Shown in pieces: positions 1 through 12,579 of a DNA stretch of 64,000 nucleotides (position 1 is the first letter of the stretch; each line of letters starts with the position of its first letter). The notes under the pieces were generated by a model that worked only from the letters and a program-made list of their open reading frames with translations, made no database searches and was not told the origin of the DNA. Origin of the DNA: the human T2T-CHM13v2.0 reference genome, Homo sapiens; the NCBI RefSeq assembly GCF_009914755.1, contig NC_060946.1. One strand, 5' to 3'. The position numbers and the translations under genes were made by a program.

Positions 1-2237
1 TGTTAGCTTAAATTATGCCAACTACAGCCCAAGCTTAATTCAACATTTAAATAAAGTTCTATGCACAATAATACAACACAGCACTTCTATTATAGCAACA
101 ACATTAGCTGTCTCTAGTTCCTAAAATAAGAAACTGGAGTGACGGAAGAAAGACTTGGGTTGCTTGTTCCCACCTTTGACTTGTAAACTTCCTTAATGGT
201 CTTTCATCAGATGCTTAAGCTGCCAGAGTATCCCTTATGAATTAACCAGCTACTCTGTGGGAAACTGCTTTTGTACTACTTCCAATTCTGACAACCTTTT
301 TCTCAAGTTGAGCTGCCTCTGTTCCTACTTCTGAAATGCCTGTGCAATGCTGACTGAGTTTGTCACCAGTAAGTTCTCCCCAGACAGGGAAGTCCTGCGG
401 GACCAGTATCAGTCCTCAGTCAGGAAGAGGTTGTATAAATAGCGGGTGCTCACACTCTAGAAAAAGGGGCGGAGGAGAAGGTAAGTGTTGAGCCCCAGAT
501 GTGAACTCCTATTTTTGTTTCAGGGTAATTAATGTTTCCTTAAGTGAGCTAAGCCTTGGGCTCTTGCGCCTCTGGCTTTCAGGCCTGAATCAGCAATCTT
601 TAGGCAGGAACTGGGGGTGGGGAAAAGGATTTTGTATTTCATGTCATCCCCAAATGAATGAAGTAATATGAGAGCAGCACTTTCTGAAGCTTGGCCTTGA
701 GGCTGGAGAATGGGTTGTGGAAGGTGAAAACTTTCCTTTTAAAATCCTAGTGACTTGGGGAGAACTGGCCTCTGACAAGTCTCTTGCTGCAGTCTGATGA
801 CTGCAGCTCTCAGAGATGCTGTTGGGTTGTCTGGTGTTTGTTTCTAGTTCTCTGCTCGAGTGTTAGTGCCATTAGATGGTCTTGCCCCTGTCTGCGGTTC
901 TGCCTTCCATGTCTTCCCCTTCCCCCTTGGCCTCCTAAATTAGATACATTCCCCCTCTGCTCCCAGACGTCTCCATCTCCTCATCCCCTGACAGAGCAAT
1001 CATTTATCAAGTTGTTTCACGCGTTGTCGGGAGGGGGGCCCTGGGGACTCAGTTTGTTTCGTCCCTTTGTTGAAGCTCCACAGGATCGGCCAGCTTAGTC
1101 TCCAGCCAACTGCTGAGAGTTGCTGGACTCCAGGAGCAAATGTTAAAGGGGCCGCCTTTCATCTACTTGCTGTGACTTCAACCTTTCTATTTAAATTCCA
1201 GCTTATTGGAACTCACATACGTACACTTCCTCGACATGTTTTTGATCATATGATATTTCTTTTTCATTATGTACCTCCCCATCCATACCATCACTGAGGA
1301 CCTGAAATAGATTTTTCATAGTATATTACTGTAGACATACTTTGTAAGTAGGAGTTCCTGCTTTTTTATGACTTCTTTTTATGTATGCTTTGACTTATCA
1401 AGGTGTCACACTGTTGACCATAGAAATTTCTAAATAGTATAGGGATTAAAAAAAATTTTAAAGTTTGTCAGACTTTAAAATGCAAGGTGAGCATCACTGC
1501 TTCTTAGCAGGAGTGATGAAGGTTTTCCATAGTGTCTACAAAGATAAAAGGAAAAATTTCCTTCGACTTCAAGGATGTATAGTGTGAATGTTAACCAATG
1601 TTGACCATGAATTTGAAAGATGGATGTTACTCACTGTAACTTAATAGTTTAAAAGGACAAAGTTTCTTTTGTGGAGTAATAGAAATGAGACTTTAATGTT
1701 AATGAAAATTTTTTTCTGTGATCTAGGAATATTTCCTCCCAGTATTTTATTATGAAAACTTCCAAATGAACAGAAAAGTTGAAAGAATTGTACATTATAT
1801 TTGGGGTTTTAAAAATGCATTTCTTTAGCAAGCTGAATATTACATGCAGTAGTATCATAATGCATTGTAAAGTTATGCTTGGAAGCAAAGTAACAACAAA
1901 AATGCCCCAGATGACATGCGTTACAAACAGAACATTTCAAAAATGAGTCCCTTTCAACCTGAACAGGGCTTATCTTGTGTTTATTGTAGACAAGCTGAGC
2001 CCAGAACCTAAAGTTGTATAGTATTGAGAAGTTTAGTGGGGAAAATGTTTTCCTTTCTCATCACATGTTTTGGGTTGAAAATATTTAATCACTTTGATGA
2101 GACTTGTCGACTGACAAGTAGTTTATAATGAGAGTAAATTGTCCTTAGTACCGTGATTTGGTTCCTGTATATGGAGTCTCTTAAAACAACTTACTCAATT
2201 TAACATCAAAATGAGCCCAAAATGTTTTCCCATAAGG

Positions 2238-2463
2238 CAAGCTTGTCCAACCCACCTGCCCGCAGGCCGCCTGCAGCCCAGGACGGCTTTGAATGAGGCC
2301 AACACAAATTCGTAAACTTTCTTAAAACATTATGAGATTTTTTTTTTTTGCAATTTTTTTTAAAGCTCATCAGGTATCATTAGTGTTAGCATATTTTATG
2401 TGTGGCCCAAAACAATTCTTCTTCAAGTGTGGGCCAGGGAAGCCAAAAGATTGAACAACCCTG
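2238..2463. mobile_element. MER30 (hAT-Charlie) non-autonomous DNA transposon
   Basis: caagcttgtccaacc...gattgaacaaccctg termini; 8-bp TSD ccataagg/tcataagg, typical of hAT elements. Confidence 0.85.
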
Positions 2464-2610
2464 TCATAAGGTATGTCATTATTGGGATGATTTCCAGCTG
2501 AAAAACTTCAGTGTGTTATTTCTTATTGATTTTTCACAGTGAAACTTAATAAAATTGTAATCGCTAAGAAAAAAAAGTTGTTTTCTTTTTTTCTTATATT
2601 AATACTGTTT

Positions 2611-2735
2611 GGCTGGACATGGTGGCTCATGCATGGAATTCCACACTTTGGGGGAGGTCAAGTTGGGAGGATCACTTGAGGCCAGGACTTAGAGACCAGC
2701 CTGGGCAACAGAGTGAGACCTCATCTCTACACATT
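2611..2735 (+). mobile_element. FLAM / Alu left monomer
   Basis: ggctggacatggtggctca...gagaccagcctgggcaacagagtgagacc. Confidence 0.85.
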
Positions 2736-2915
2736 TTTTTTAAAGTATGTATATATAAAAGCAAGAAGACCTAGCATTAATTCTGAAAATTAATGTGTAC
2801 TACTTGCTAGATATTTTTTCTAGCAGTGAATAAGACACATAAAAATCCTTTTGGAACATGAATTCTATGGGAGAAGAAACACTCCCTTTTTTTTTTTTTT
2901 GGATGTTCCGTATAG

Positions 2916-3097
2916 CTAGTATTGGCAATTTTTTTTCTGTAAAGGGTCAGATATTAAATATTTTAGGCTCTGAGTGCCAGATAATTTCTGTTGCAGTTAC
3001 CAAATTTACTACAAAAATGAATGGGCAAGGAAGGCTGTGTTTCAGTAAAGCTTTATTTATACTAATGGGTGGTAGACCATAGCTTACTAACCTCCTG
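2916..3097. mobile_element. MER58A-like DNA transposon
   Basis: ttttctgtaaagggtcagatattaaatattttaggc ... aaagctttatttat motifs. Confidence 0.75.
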
Positions 3098-3109
3098 TTC
3101 TAAGGCATA

Positions 3110-3770
3110 AAAAAACATGGACAAGCAACAGATTTAAGAAAAAAGTATTTGCAAAGCAGATGACAGACGGTTAATATTATAATATACAAACAGCCCAGTG
3201 GAACAATGGACAAAGGATATGAGTAGGTTTCAAGTCACAAAAGAATAAATCTTAATGACAAAAAAAAATATCTGAAAAGATCTGACTGGCAAAAATTATT
3301 AAGTAATATCTGTATTGGAAAGGAAAAGGAATACTCATACTTTACTAACAAAAAAATTAGACTGATCAGCCTTTTTGAAAAACAATCTGGTAGTACCTAT
3401 TAAAATTTAAAATACATAAATATATGTACTCTCATTGCTCCAGTAATGCCAGTCCTGGAATTTTAATCAATGGGTACAAAACAACTGCCGTGCAATGGAC
3501 AAGGAATGTCATTGCAGCGTGGTTCTGTGTGGCCTAAAATGGAGAACAGAGTGAAAGCCCGTCATTAGCGGGGTGGCTGAATAGGATGTTACCTGCGTAC
3601 CGTGGAGTATTAGCCCACCTTTTAATAGAATGAAATGGACCTACACTATACCACTTGACTTGGAGAGATTTGCACAAGATAGAAAATGTGCAGGCAAGCA
3701 TGGGTAGTATCAGTCTATTAGAAAAGGCCTACGCCCATACATTGATGCATGTGTCTGCATGTATGTATAT
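3110..3770 (+). mobile_element. Old L1M (L1ME-like) 3' fragment
   Basis: Degenerate L1 3' motifs (aacagcccagtggaacaatggacaaaggatatgagtagg; aaaacaatctggtagtacctattaaaattt). Confidence 0.65.
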
Positions 3771-4659
3771 ATGAATATGATTACATTGAAAAAAAAAACA
3801 AAAAAAGTATACTTGTTTGTATATGAGGGGAGTTACTGAAGTAGGGAGTAAAAAAAGGAAAGAAAATTGTATACAAACAACCCCCAGAATGAATAGTATG
3901 ATTGTTTTTTGAATTTATATAAAACTGTGTGTGTGTGTGTTGTGGGGGGTATCTGTATTTATTCACATCATTTTTTAAAAGGAAAAACTAAAATAGTCAT
4001 TAGTCATTCAGGCTCCATCAGCTTAAAGATTTGTCAGAGGGCTTCCTAGCTCCCACTCGATGTTGTAAAATAGGCTCACCTTTATTACATTCCCAATTAC
4101 TTGGCCTCTTTTTTGCCTTGTTGATTGAAAAATGGAACTCTTTCTCTGTCTGTTATGGCATAAAAACTTTATGGAAAAGACAAAGTGCCTCAGAGAAATG
4201 ACTCTCTGTAGGTCTCACTAGTAACTAAGGAACTAAAATTTGAGTGGAATTCAGGTCTGTCCTTACACTTATTATGATATCCCACACTGTCTATTCCCTG
4301 TCTCTTGAAGTGAAGCTGGGACTTTTATTGATTTATTGATCTGATATCTGACTTGAAGTAATGAGAGGGAAGGTTGTATAGCATTATATAGCAAAGTGAT
4401 GTAAGAAAACAAGAAAAACTTGATTTCAAGTCTCCGAACAGATTTATTAGAAACAGAAATTTGACTACCACCCTCTGATCCCTACCCCTCCACTCCTTTC
4501 TCAACATGATGATTATACAATCATTACAGACATCCCCTGTGTTTTCTGGGACTTTTTTTTAGTAACCAAATGTTCAAGAAAGTGTAGTGCCTTGTATCTG
4601 TTGATGATTATATTTCTAATTTCATGGGTATTCAGCTGACTGTCAGGTCTTATTAACAC

Positions 4660-4967
4660 TGTTTTTGGGGGGGAGGGGCAGGGGGCAGGGGGCGGGATGG
4701 AGTCTCACTCTGTCACCCAGACTGGAGTGCAGTGGAGTGATCTCAGCTTACCACAACCCGGGTTCAAGTGATTGTCCTGCCACAGCCTCCAGAGTAGTTG
4801 GGATTACAGGTGCATGCCACCACGCCCGGCTAATTTTTATATTTTTAATAGAGATGGGGTTTCACCATGTTGGCCAGGCTGGTCTCGAACTCCTGACCTC
4901 AGGTGATCCGCCTGCCTTGGCTTCTCAAAAGTGCTGGGATTACAGGCGTGAGCCACCATGCCTGGCC
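4660..4967 (-). mobile_element. AluS with atypical G/C-rich tail
   Basis: Reverse Alu consensus; TSD tattaacac at 4651-4659 and 4968-4976. Confidence 0.9.
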
Positions 4968-5999
4968 TATTAACACATTAAAATGATGCGTGTTGAGGGA
5001 GCAAGTATACTGGTTGTTGTTGGGAATCTGGGATGGCCCTAGATAGATCTTTCCTGCTGCCAGATATAGGAGGAATATGATGGAACGCACAGCTGTGATA
5101 CTGTACTAGGCTGATAATCTTAACACAGAGCCCTTCAATTTTATTTTAGTTTAGCAAATAATATTTGTATTGTAGTATGGTAATTTTAAATCACTCACCA
5201 TGATTTGTATAGAATAGTGCGTCATTTATTCTAACGTGATGAAAGCTTTCTTTTAAAAAGTAGCCGGGGGAGATTGACTAGGGGTTAAATGCTTTCCCTG
5301 TGTCTTACTCTGTGGACCCCACCCCCCGTTACTTGAATGAATGAATGAATCCTTCTTTTTTGAGGATATTGCCAGAGGATAATAAGTTATCTAGATGTCT
5401 CAGTCCTGGATCTATGAATAGATTGTTTTTCCAGTCTTGATAGATTATTTCTGGTTTGAAGAATTTTACATGGAAACAAGATTAAGAAAGATGATAAATA
5501 ATTGTTTGGCTAAAGTCCTTTATGAAACAGAATTTACAGAAATGTGATTAAGATGTATAACTCACCTTGTAAGAATTTCATGGAACATGTTGAAGTATAA
5601 AATAAAGTTCCATAGGGAGGTGATATCACACACCATACTCTGTCTTACAATTTTTGTCTCTCACAAGGAAAGGATTTGGATGTTCTGAACATATTTCTCT
5701 GCAGGAAGCGGGTGGCAGACCTGTTGACTTCATTTTCATTGACCATCTTCTACTAGAATCAAACTCTGGTCTCTTTGAAATTATACAAAGTTGGGAAGCT
5801 GTTTACATTATCAACAGCTTTACCTATTTTGAATTCAGAAGAAGATTCAAGGTGGGAAAGACAGAAAAAACCGCAAAACAAGAGCATGTCATACTAGAAG
5901 AGTTCCGTGTGAAATTCAGAATTTGGTCCCCTTAACACTATTCACTTTGGAGCTCATGGGAATCCATGGTGAGGGAAGCTTATTAAAAAATGCAGATCA

Positions 6000-6256
6000 G
6001 GCCAGGTGTGGTGGCTCACACCTATAATCCCAGAACTTCAGGAGGCCAAGATGGGAGAGGATAGCTTGAGGCTAGGAGTTCTGGAGCAGCCTGAGCAACA
6101 TAGCGAGACCCCCATTTCTACAAATACATATATATTTTTAAATTAGTTGGGCGTAGTTGATGCACATCTTGTAGTCCTAGCTACTAGGGAGGCCGAGGCA
6201 GGAGGATCACTGGAGCCCAGGAGTTCAAGGCTTGCAGTGAGCTTTGATCACACCAC
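6000..6256 (+). mobile_element. AluJ, 3'-truncated
   Basis: Diverged Alu consensus that ends at tttgatcacaccac. Confidence 0.88.
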
Positions 6257-6258
6257 AG

Positions 6259-6564
6259 GTTTTTTTGTTTGTTTTGTGTTTTTTGAGATGGAATCTCACT
6301 CTGTCGCCCAGGCTGGAGTGCAGTGGTGCGGTCTCAGCTCACTGCAGCCTCCACCTCCCGGATTCAAGCAGTTCTCTGCCTCAGCCTCCCGAGTAGCTGG
6401 GATTACAGGCGCCCGCCACCACCGCCTGGCTAATTTTTGTATTTTTAGTAGAGACGGGGTTTCACCATCTTGGCCAGGCTGGTCTTGAACTCCTGACCTC
6501 ATGATCCACCCTCCTCGGCCTCCCAAAGTGCTGGGATTACAGGAGTGAGCCACCGCGCCTGGCC
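6259..6564 (-). mobile_element. AluS
   Basis: Full reverse Alu with T-rich tail. Confidence 0.92.
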
Positions 6565-8062
6565 AATCACTAGATGATAGTAGTAATTCACAGGCTTCCC
6601 TAGAATCATTCACATTTTTGCTTCATGACTGAATGAGTCATAGGTGTTAATGGCATTTTGCATTTGCAGTTGTTTTATTTTTTAAACTTTATCTTGGAAG
6701 AAAACCCTTTCTTCTATTGGAATAGTGGAACCTTTTTCTATTCTTTCATCAGGCTCCATTTACTTGCTGTCCAGTCTGCCAGTGGTATGTCCTGGTGTGT
6801 TTCTTTGTACTGTTTGCTTCTGAGCGTCTCTTCCTGCCCTCTAGCTCGTTTTCTTAAAGGACAAACGAAACTTCTCAGCAGCCATTCTACAAATCCTTAA
6901 ATCCATAATGCCCAGGAAAGCAAGGCAGGTAGAATGTTGGGCATCCAGTTAGAGCTGATGTGCTTTAAAGGTAAGTTTCCCGTTTTTAGTTTTAACAGTC
7001 AATAATGTTGCTCTGGGCGATTTCTCTATTAAAATTCTGTTTGGCTGTAACTTGTTGGTAATTGTAATAATATTTTACATAGTTTTATTATCTGTGGAAT
7101 TAATCTTAGAATATTCAGAAAGGAAAAAAGGGCAGAATCCCTTTAAGCAGCAGGAGTCTTAGAGACTCCCTGGGAGCCAAGGGCAGATGGTGGAAAGGCA
7201 CCAGCAGGGAGGAGACAAGATCATATTCAGTCCCAGGAGTTTACTCATCTCTAATTCTGACCCAGAAGAAGAGATGGAAAAAAAGTTACTGCTTAAAATT
7301 GACTCCGGCTTAGCAGCTTCAGTTGTCTGAAGTAGGCAGCGAGGACGGGCCTTTCTCTGCCGCAGCACCCCGCACCTTCACATCGCCTGTTCTGTGCACC
7401 ACTGTTGTCTTTAGAGCGACTTCCGGGTGACTCCCCACTCCTCGTAATCTGCTTCCTGGTTTAGCCTACTTTATCTTTTTAGGTTACTTACCAGATTCCA
7501 GGAGGCATTGAGGGGTGTCAGCTCTTAAGATCAGCCTGACAAGCTGAGGGGAGACATAAAAGTTGATAGAGGCACGGAGATTCAGACTGGGAAAACATTT
7601 TGAAATGTAGGACGGAAGAGAACAAAAGTAATTTAGCCGTACCGTAAACAAGCAGAATGAGATGACTAAAGGCAAGGTTGTTTAGATAGTTCACCACCTT
7701 TTTTGGTCCACTAAAACATTAATTAAACTCTCTAGGCTTCACCCTTCCTCCCAGGTATTTGCATGTGCAGGCACACATACGCACTTGGCTGGTCGGACTG
7801 GCAGTGCACCCGGCCTCTGGTTAGTCGGTCTGTGGTCTCCCCTGGAGCTTAGTACAGCTCAGTCATCTTGTCACCCTCTCTTTCAGGCCCTGGTGGTTTC
7901 TTTTCACAGTATACTTCCATAGTTGATTGCAGACAGTGAAGCGTTTGCTGGCTAATACAGTTCGTGTTAATTCCTCAGCTGGCATCTGAAGCACCAGGTG
8001 ACATATGAATAAGCAACTCTTTTAGGTTGTCAGGCTGGTAAGGAGTAATTAAAAATAGCCTT

Positions 8063-8347
8063 GGCCAGGTGCAGTGGCTCATGCCTGTAATCCCAGCACT
8101 TTGGGAGACCAAGACGGGCAGATCAGTTAAGGTCAGGAGTCCGAGACCAGCCTGGCTAACATGGCAAAACCCCATTTCTACTAAAGATACACAATATTAG
8201 GCGACGTGGTGGTGCACACCTGTAGTCCCAGCTACTCGGGAGACTGAGGCACGAGAATCGCTTGAACCCGGGAGGAGGTTGCAGTGAGATCATGCCACTG
8301 CACTCTAGCCTGGGCGACAAAGTGAGACTCCACCTAAAAAAAAAAAA
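8063..8347 (+). mobile_element. AluS
   Basis: Dimeric Alu with poly(A) tail. Confidence 0.92.
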
Positions 8348-8940
8348 CTTGAACTACCACCATCAAGATTTCTCATGGGAGAAGTCATACAAAATGAGAA
8401 ATTGCAATAGCGTCCTTTTCACACCAAACTGAACCCAGCCTAGAACTAATCCTGAAAGAACTAGTCAGGGCAAGCTAAGGCTTAAACAGAAGTAAATATT
8501 TTTCTTCTACTCAAAATCAAAGGGTTAGTAAAAGCTTTCAGTAGGAGCACCGTTGGGTTTACTGTGTTAATTACATCAGGATAGTAGCAGTACTTTTCCA
8601 GGAAGGTGATACAGATAATAATCTGATCGCTAAACCAAAAAGAATATTCCACAAAAAAACCAAGTATCCTTACTATGAAAAATAATGTGCTGATTTCTCT
8701 TTGAAGAACTGATTTGATCTTTGACTTCTCAAACAGCTATAATTTTATTTTTCTCTTTATTTTGCTACTTTTATATCCTTAAATGCTTTTGAATACTATA
8801 GTACATATTCACAATTTGGATTTGTTAGACTATTCATATACCTCATATTAAGTTATAAGTCTAATTGTTGTATGTAAGGGAAGCATTATACTTTATGACC
8901 TAAGATCTATAGGTTTTCATTTCCTTGAGAAGAATTTGAT

Positions 8941-9068
8941 GCAGCCAGGTGTGGTAGCTCATTGCGTGTAACCTCAGCACTTTGGGAGGCTGAGGTCAGA
9001 GGATTGCTTGAGGCCAGGAGACCAGTCTAGGTGACAGAGCGAGACCCTGCCTCTAGAAAATAATAAAT
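8941..9068 (+). mobile_element. FLAM / Alu monomer
   Basis: Alu left-arm sequence followed by A-rich tail. Confidence 0.8.
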
Positions 9069-9260
9069 GAACTCATGAATTGGATGCCATAACAGTTTAA
9101 TTGGTTCAAGAGCCTTGCTGTTCAAAGTGCAGTCATCTCTAAGTTTCCATGGGGGATTGATTTCAGGACCCCTGTGGATACCAAAATTCGTGGATGCTCA
9201 ATTTCCTTATATAAAATGGTATAGTATTTACATATAACCTATGCACATTCTGCTCTATAC

Positions 9261-9311
<51 letters not shown>
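9261..9311. repeat. (TTA)n microsatellite derived from the Alu tail
   Basis: About 17 perfect TTA units. Confidence 0.95.
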
Positions 9312-9596
9312 TGAGGCAGAGGCTCACCCTGTCGCCCAGGCTGGAGTGCAGTGGTGCAATCTTGGCTGACTGCAATCTTGGCTGACTGCAACCTCTGCCT
9401 CCCAGGTTCGGGCAGTTCTCCTGTCTCAGCCTCCTGAGTAGCTAGGATTACAGGCGGGCACCACCATGCCTGGCTAATTTTTGTATTTTTAGTAGAGATG
9501 GGGTTTTGCCATGTTGGCCAGGCTGGTCTCGAACTCCTGACCTCAAGTGATCCTCCTGCCTCAGCCTCCCAAAGTGCTGGGACCCTGCACCTGGCC
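9261..9596 (-). mobile_element. AluS with (TTA)~17 tail and a 16-bp internal tandem duplication (9355-9386)
   Basis: Reverse Alu; TSD ctgct(c/g)tatacttta; tgcaatcttggctgac occurs twice in tandem. Confidence 0.9.
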
Positions 9597-10156
9597 ACTG
9601 CTGTATACTTTAAACCATCTCTAGATTACACAATGTAAATGCTATAATGCTATATGCATAGCTGTTACACCATGTTGGTTTTTTATTTGTATTATTCCCG
9701 AATGTTTTCTGTTCATGGTTGGTTGAATCTGCCAGCATGGGCCCTGTGGATGTGGAGGGTGAACTGCACAGTCCTTGGATCAATGGTGCCAGCATCACCT
9801 AGGAGCTTGTTTACAGATACCTCACTCCAGACCTAGATGAATCAAAATAGCCATTAAAAAAAACTCAGGAGGTGCTTTCTGTGCACACTGAAAAACACTG
9901 TTCTGGAGCAGTAGTTGTTTTATTTTAGCTACACTTAAAAATCCCAAGTCGGGTGTTGCGGCACATGCCTATAGTCCCAGCTGTTCAGGAGGCTGGGGCA
10001 GGAGGATTGAGTGAGCCTAGGAGCTATGATTAGCTATGATTGTGCTGTGTCCAGAGTTGGTTCCTTCCGGTGGGTTCTTGGTCTCACTGACATCAAGAAC
10101 GAAGCCACGGAACTTAGCGGTGAGTGTTACAGCTCTTAAAGGTGGTGTGGACCCCC

Positions 10157-10453
10157 AGGGCGCGGTGGCTCTTGCCTGTAATCCCAGCACTTTGGGAGGC
10201 CGAGGCGGGCGGATCACGAGGTCAGGGGATCGAGACCATCCTGGCTAACACGGTGAAACCCCGTCTCTACTAAAAATACAAAAAATTAGCCGGGTGTGGT
10301 GGCGGGCGCCTGTAGTCCCAGCTACTCAGGAGGTTAGGAAGGAGAATGATGTGAACCTGGGAGGTGGAGCTTACAGTGAGCTGAGATCCTGCCACTGCAC
10401 TCCAGCCTGGGTGACAGAGCGAGACTTTGTCTCAAAAACAAAACAAAACAAAA
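10157..10453 (+). mobile_element. AluY inserted in LTR12
   Basis: AluY diagnostics (gatcgagaccatcctggctaacacgg); TSD aaaggtggtg. Confidence 0.9.
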
Positions 10454-10693
10454 AGGTGGTGCAGACACAAAAGAGTGAGCAGCAGCAAGATTTATTATGA
10501 AGACCGAAAGAACAAAGCTTCCACAAAGGGGATGCGAGCAGGTTGCCGCTGTGAGGTGGCCAGCTTTATTCCCTTATTTGGCCCCGCCCACATCCTGCTG
10601 ATTGGTCCATTTTACAGAGCGCTGATTGGTCCATTTTACAGAACACTGGTGCATTTTTACACAGTGCTGATTGGTGTGTTTACAGTTCTTTAG

Positions 10694-11170
<477 letters not shown>

Positions 11171-11489
11171 GTTTACAATCCTTTAGCTAGACACAGAGTG
11201 CTGATTGGTGCGTTTACAGTACCACTGCACTCCAGCCTGGGCAACAGAGCAAGAACTTGTCATTCATTCATTAGTTCATTCATAAATAGTAATTAATAAA
11301 ATAAAATCACATAGGAGTAATAAATAAAATAAAATCACATATTATGCCTGAGTCCCATGCCCAGAGACTTAAAAAAAAAAAAGAAAAGCCGGGGGTCGGG
11401 GGCGGTGGGGGGCTTTAGTTTACTCATTAGGATCTAAAAAGTTCTCCGTGGCAGTTTTAGTGTGCAGCCAGGATTGAGAACAATTGTTC

Positions 11490-11665
11490 AGAGCCCTGTT
11501 GTCCAATGTATTAGCCACTGGCAGCTGTGTAAGTTTACCTTAAATAAAATGTAAAGATTAGTTCTCTAGCCATGGTAGCCACATTTCAAGTGTTTTTTTT
11601 TTGTTTGTTTGTTTTTGTTTTTAAGTGGCTATGTGGCTCGTGGCTGCTGTGTTGGACAGTGCAAA
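11490..11665. mobile_element. MER3/MER33-like hAT element
   Basis: ctgttgtccaat...tagccacatttcaagtg...gtgttggacagtgca. Confidence 0.7.
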
Positions 11666-12164
11666 TAGAGAACAGGTACAGGTCCATTAGAGCAATTTCC
11701 ATCTTAATACTTTGAGATAATGTTGGGTAACAATTTTTTAGAGAGTTTTAAGGAATGGATTTACACTATTTTTAAATAGTTTTCCGGAGAAAATACAAAT
11801 AGATATTTAGGTACTGGGAGATGAATAGACTGCCGGTAACGTCTGTATTTTAAATTCCTTTTCATGTCAGATAATAATCACTATACTTTTACCACATGTA
11901 ATTAGCTCAAACGAGAAGGATGTGAGATGTGTGTACTACACATCCATGACTAAAAACTGGTTGGATATGACTACTTTCAGCAAATTAAACAGGTGGGCTA
12001 GTAGGAACAATCAGGGCAGATTAGTTGATATAAATAGTCTAGTTTCAACTTTGTTGTGTTATAATTCTTTTATCATTAAGTTTTTGTAAATATAATTAAT
12101 ATAATTTATCGTATATGATGCATGGAAAGAAGTAATGTAATGGAAGATAACTTTGACATCAACT

Positions 12165-12300
12165 AGCAGTAGTTGCCTCCATTTGTTATGTGACCTTTGG
12201 TTTTTCCTGATGAATTCCCATTTTTGCATTTATCTCATAGTATTGCTGAGGATTAATGAAATTGTTTACATAAAGCCCTAAGTCACTGCTTTCTACACGG
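12165..12300. mobile_element. MIR fragment
   Basis: tgtgacctttgg...tctcatagtattgctgaggattaatga. Confidence 0.6.
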
Positions 12301-12579
12301 TTGATTTTCCATAAGAGACAGCCCACATTATCAGCAGTGTATTTATACTTTGGGACCTAAATAGTGATCCTCTGGCCCCATCCGTTGCTGTTTTCCTTTG
12401 TCCAGCTTAAGTCTACGGTCTTTTGTGTTGATTCCTTATTGCCAAATCAGTCACCTTTCATCTTGAACTCTGTAGCACTTAAATGTAATAGTGGATCCTT
12501 CCCTCCATCCTGGATTCCCAGATGCCGTCCTCCTAATACTGTCAGGCCTTCTGTTCTTCTTTCTCCTTTTCAGATTCCT

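Larger units (their letters stand above)
9130..9766. mobile_element. MER2 (Tigger-family) element interrupted by an Alu
   Basis: gggggattgatttcaggacccctgtggataccaaaattcgtggatgctcaa...ggttggttgaatctg...gtggatgtggagggtgaactg. Confidence 0.8.

Noticed and set aside
9239-9598. ORF with a poly-isoleucine run
   Set aside because: Alu plus (TAA)n tail microsatellite
11390-11412. G-rich run as a G-quadruplex
   Set aside because: Only three clear runs of >=3 G; marginal
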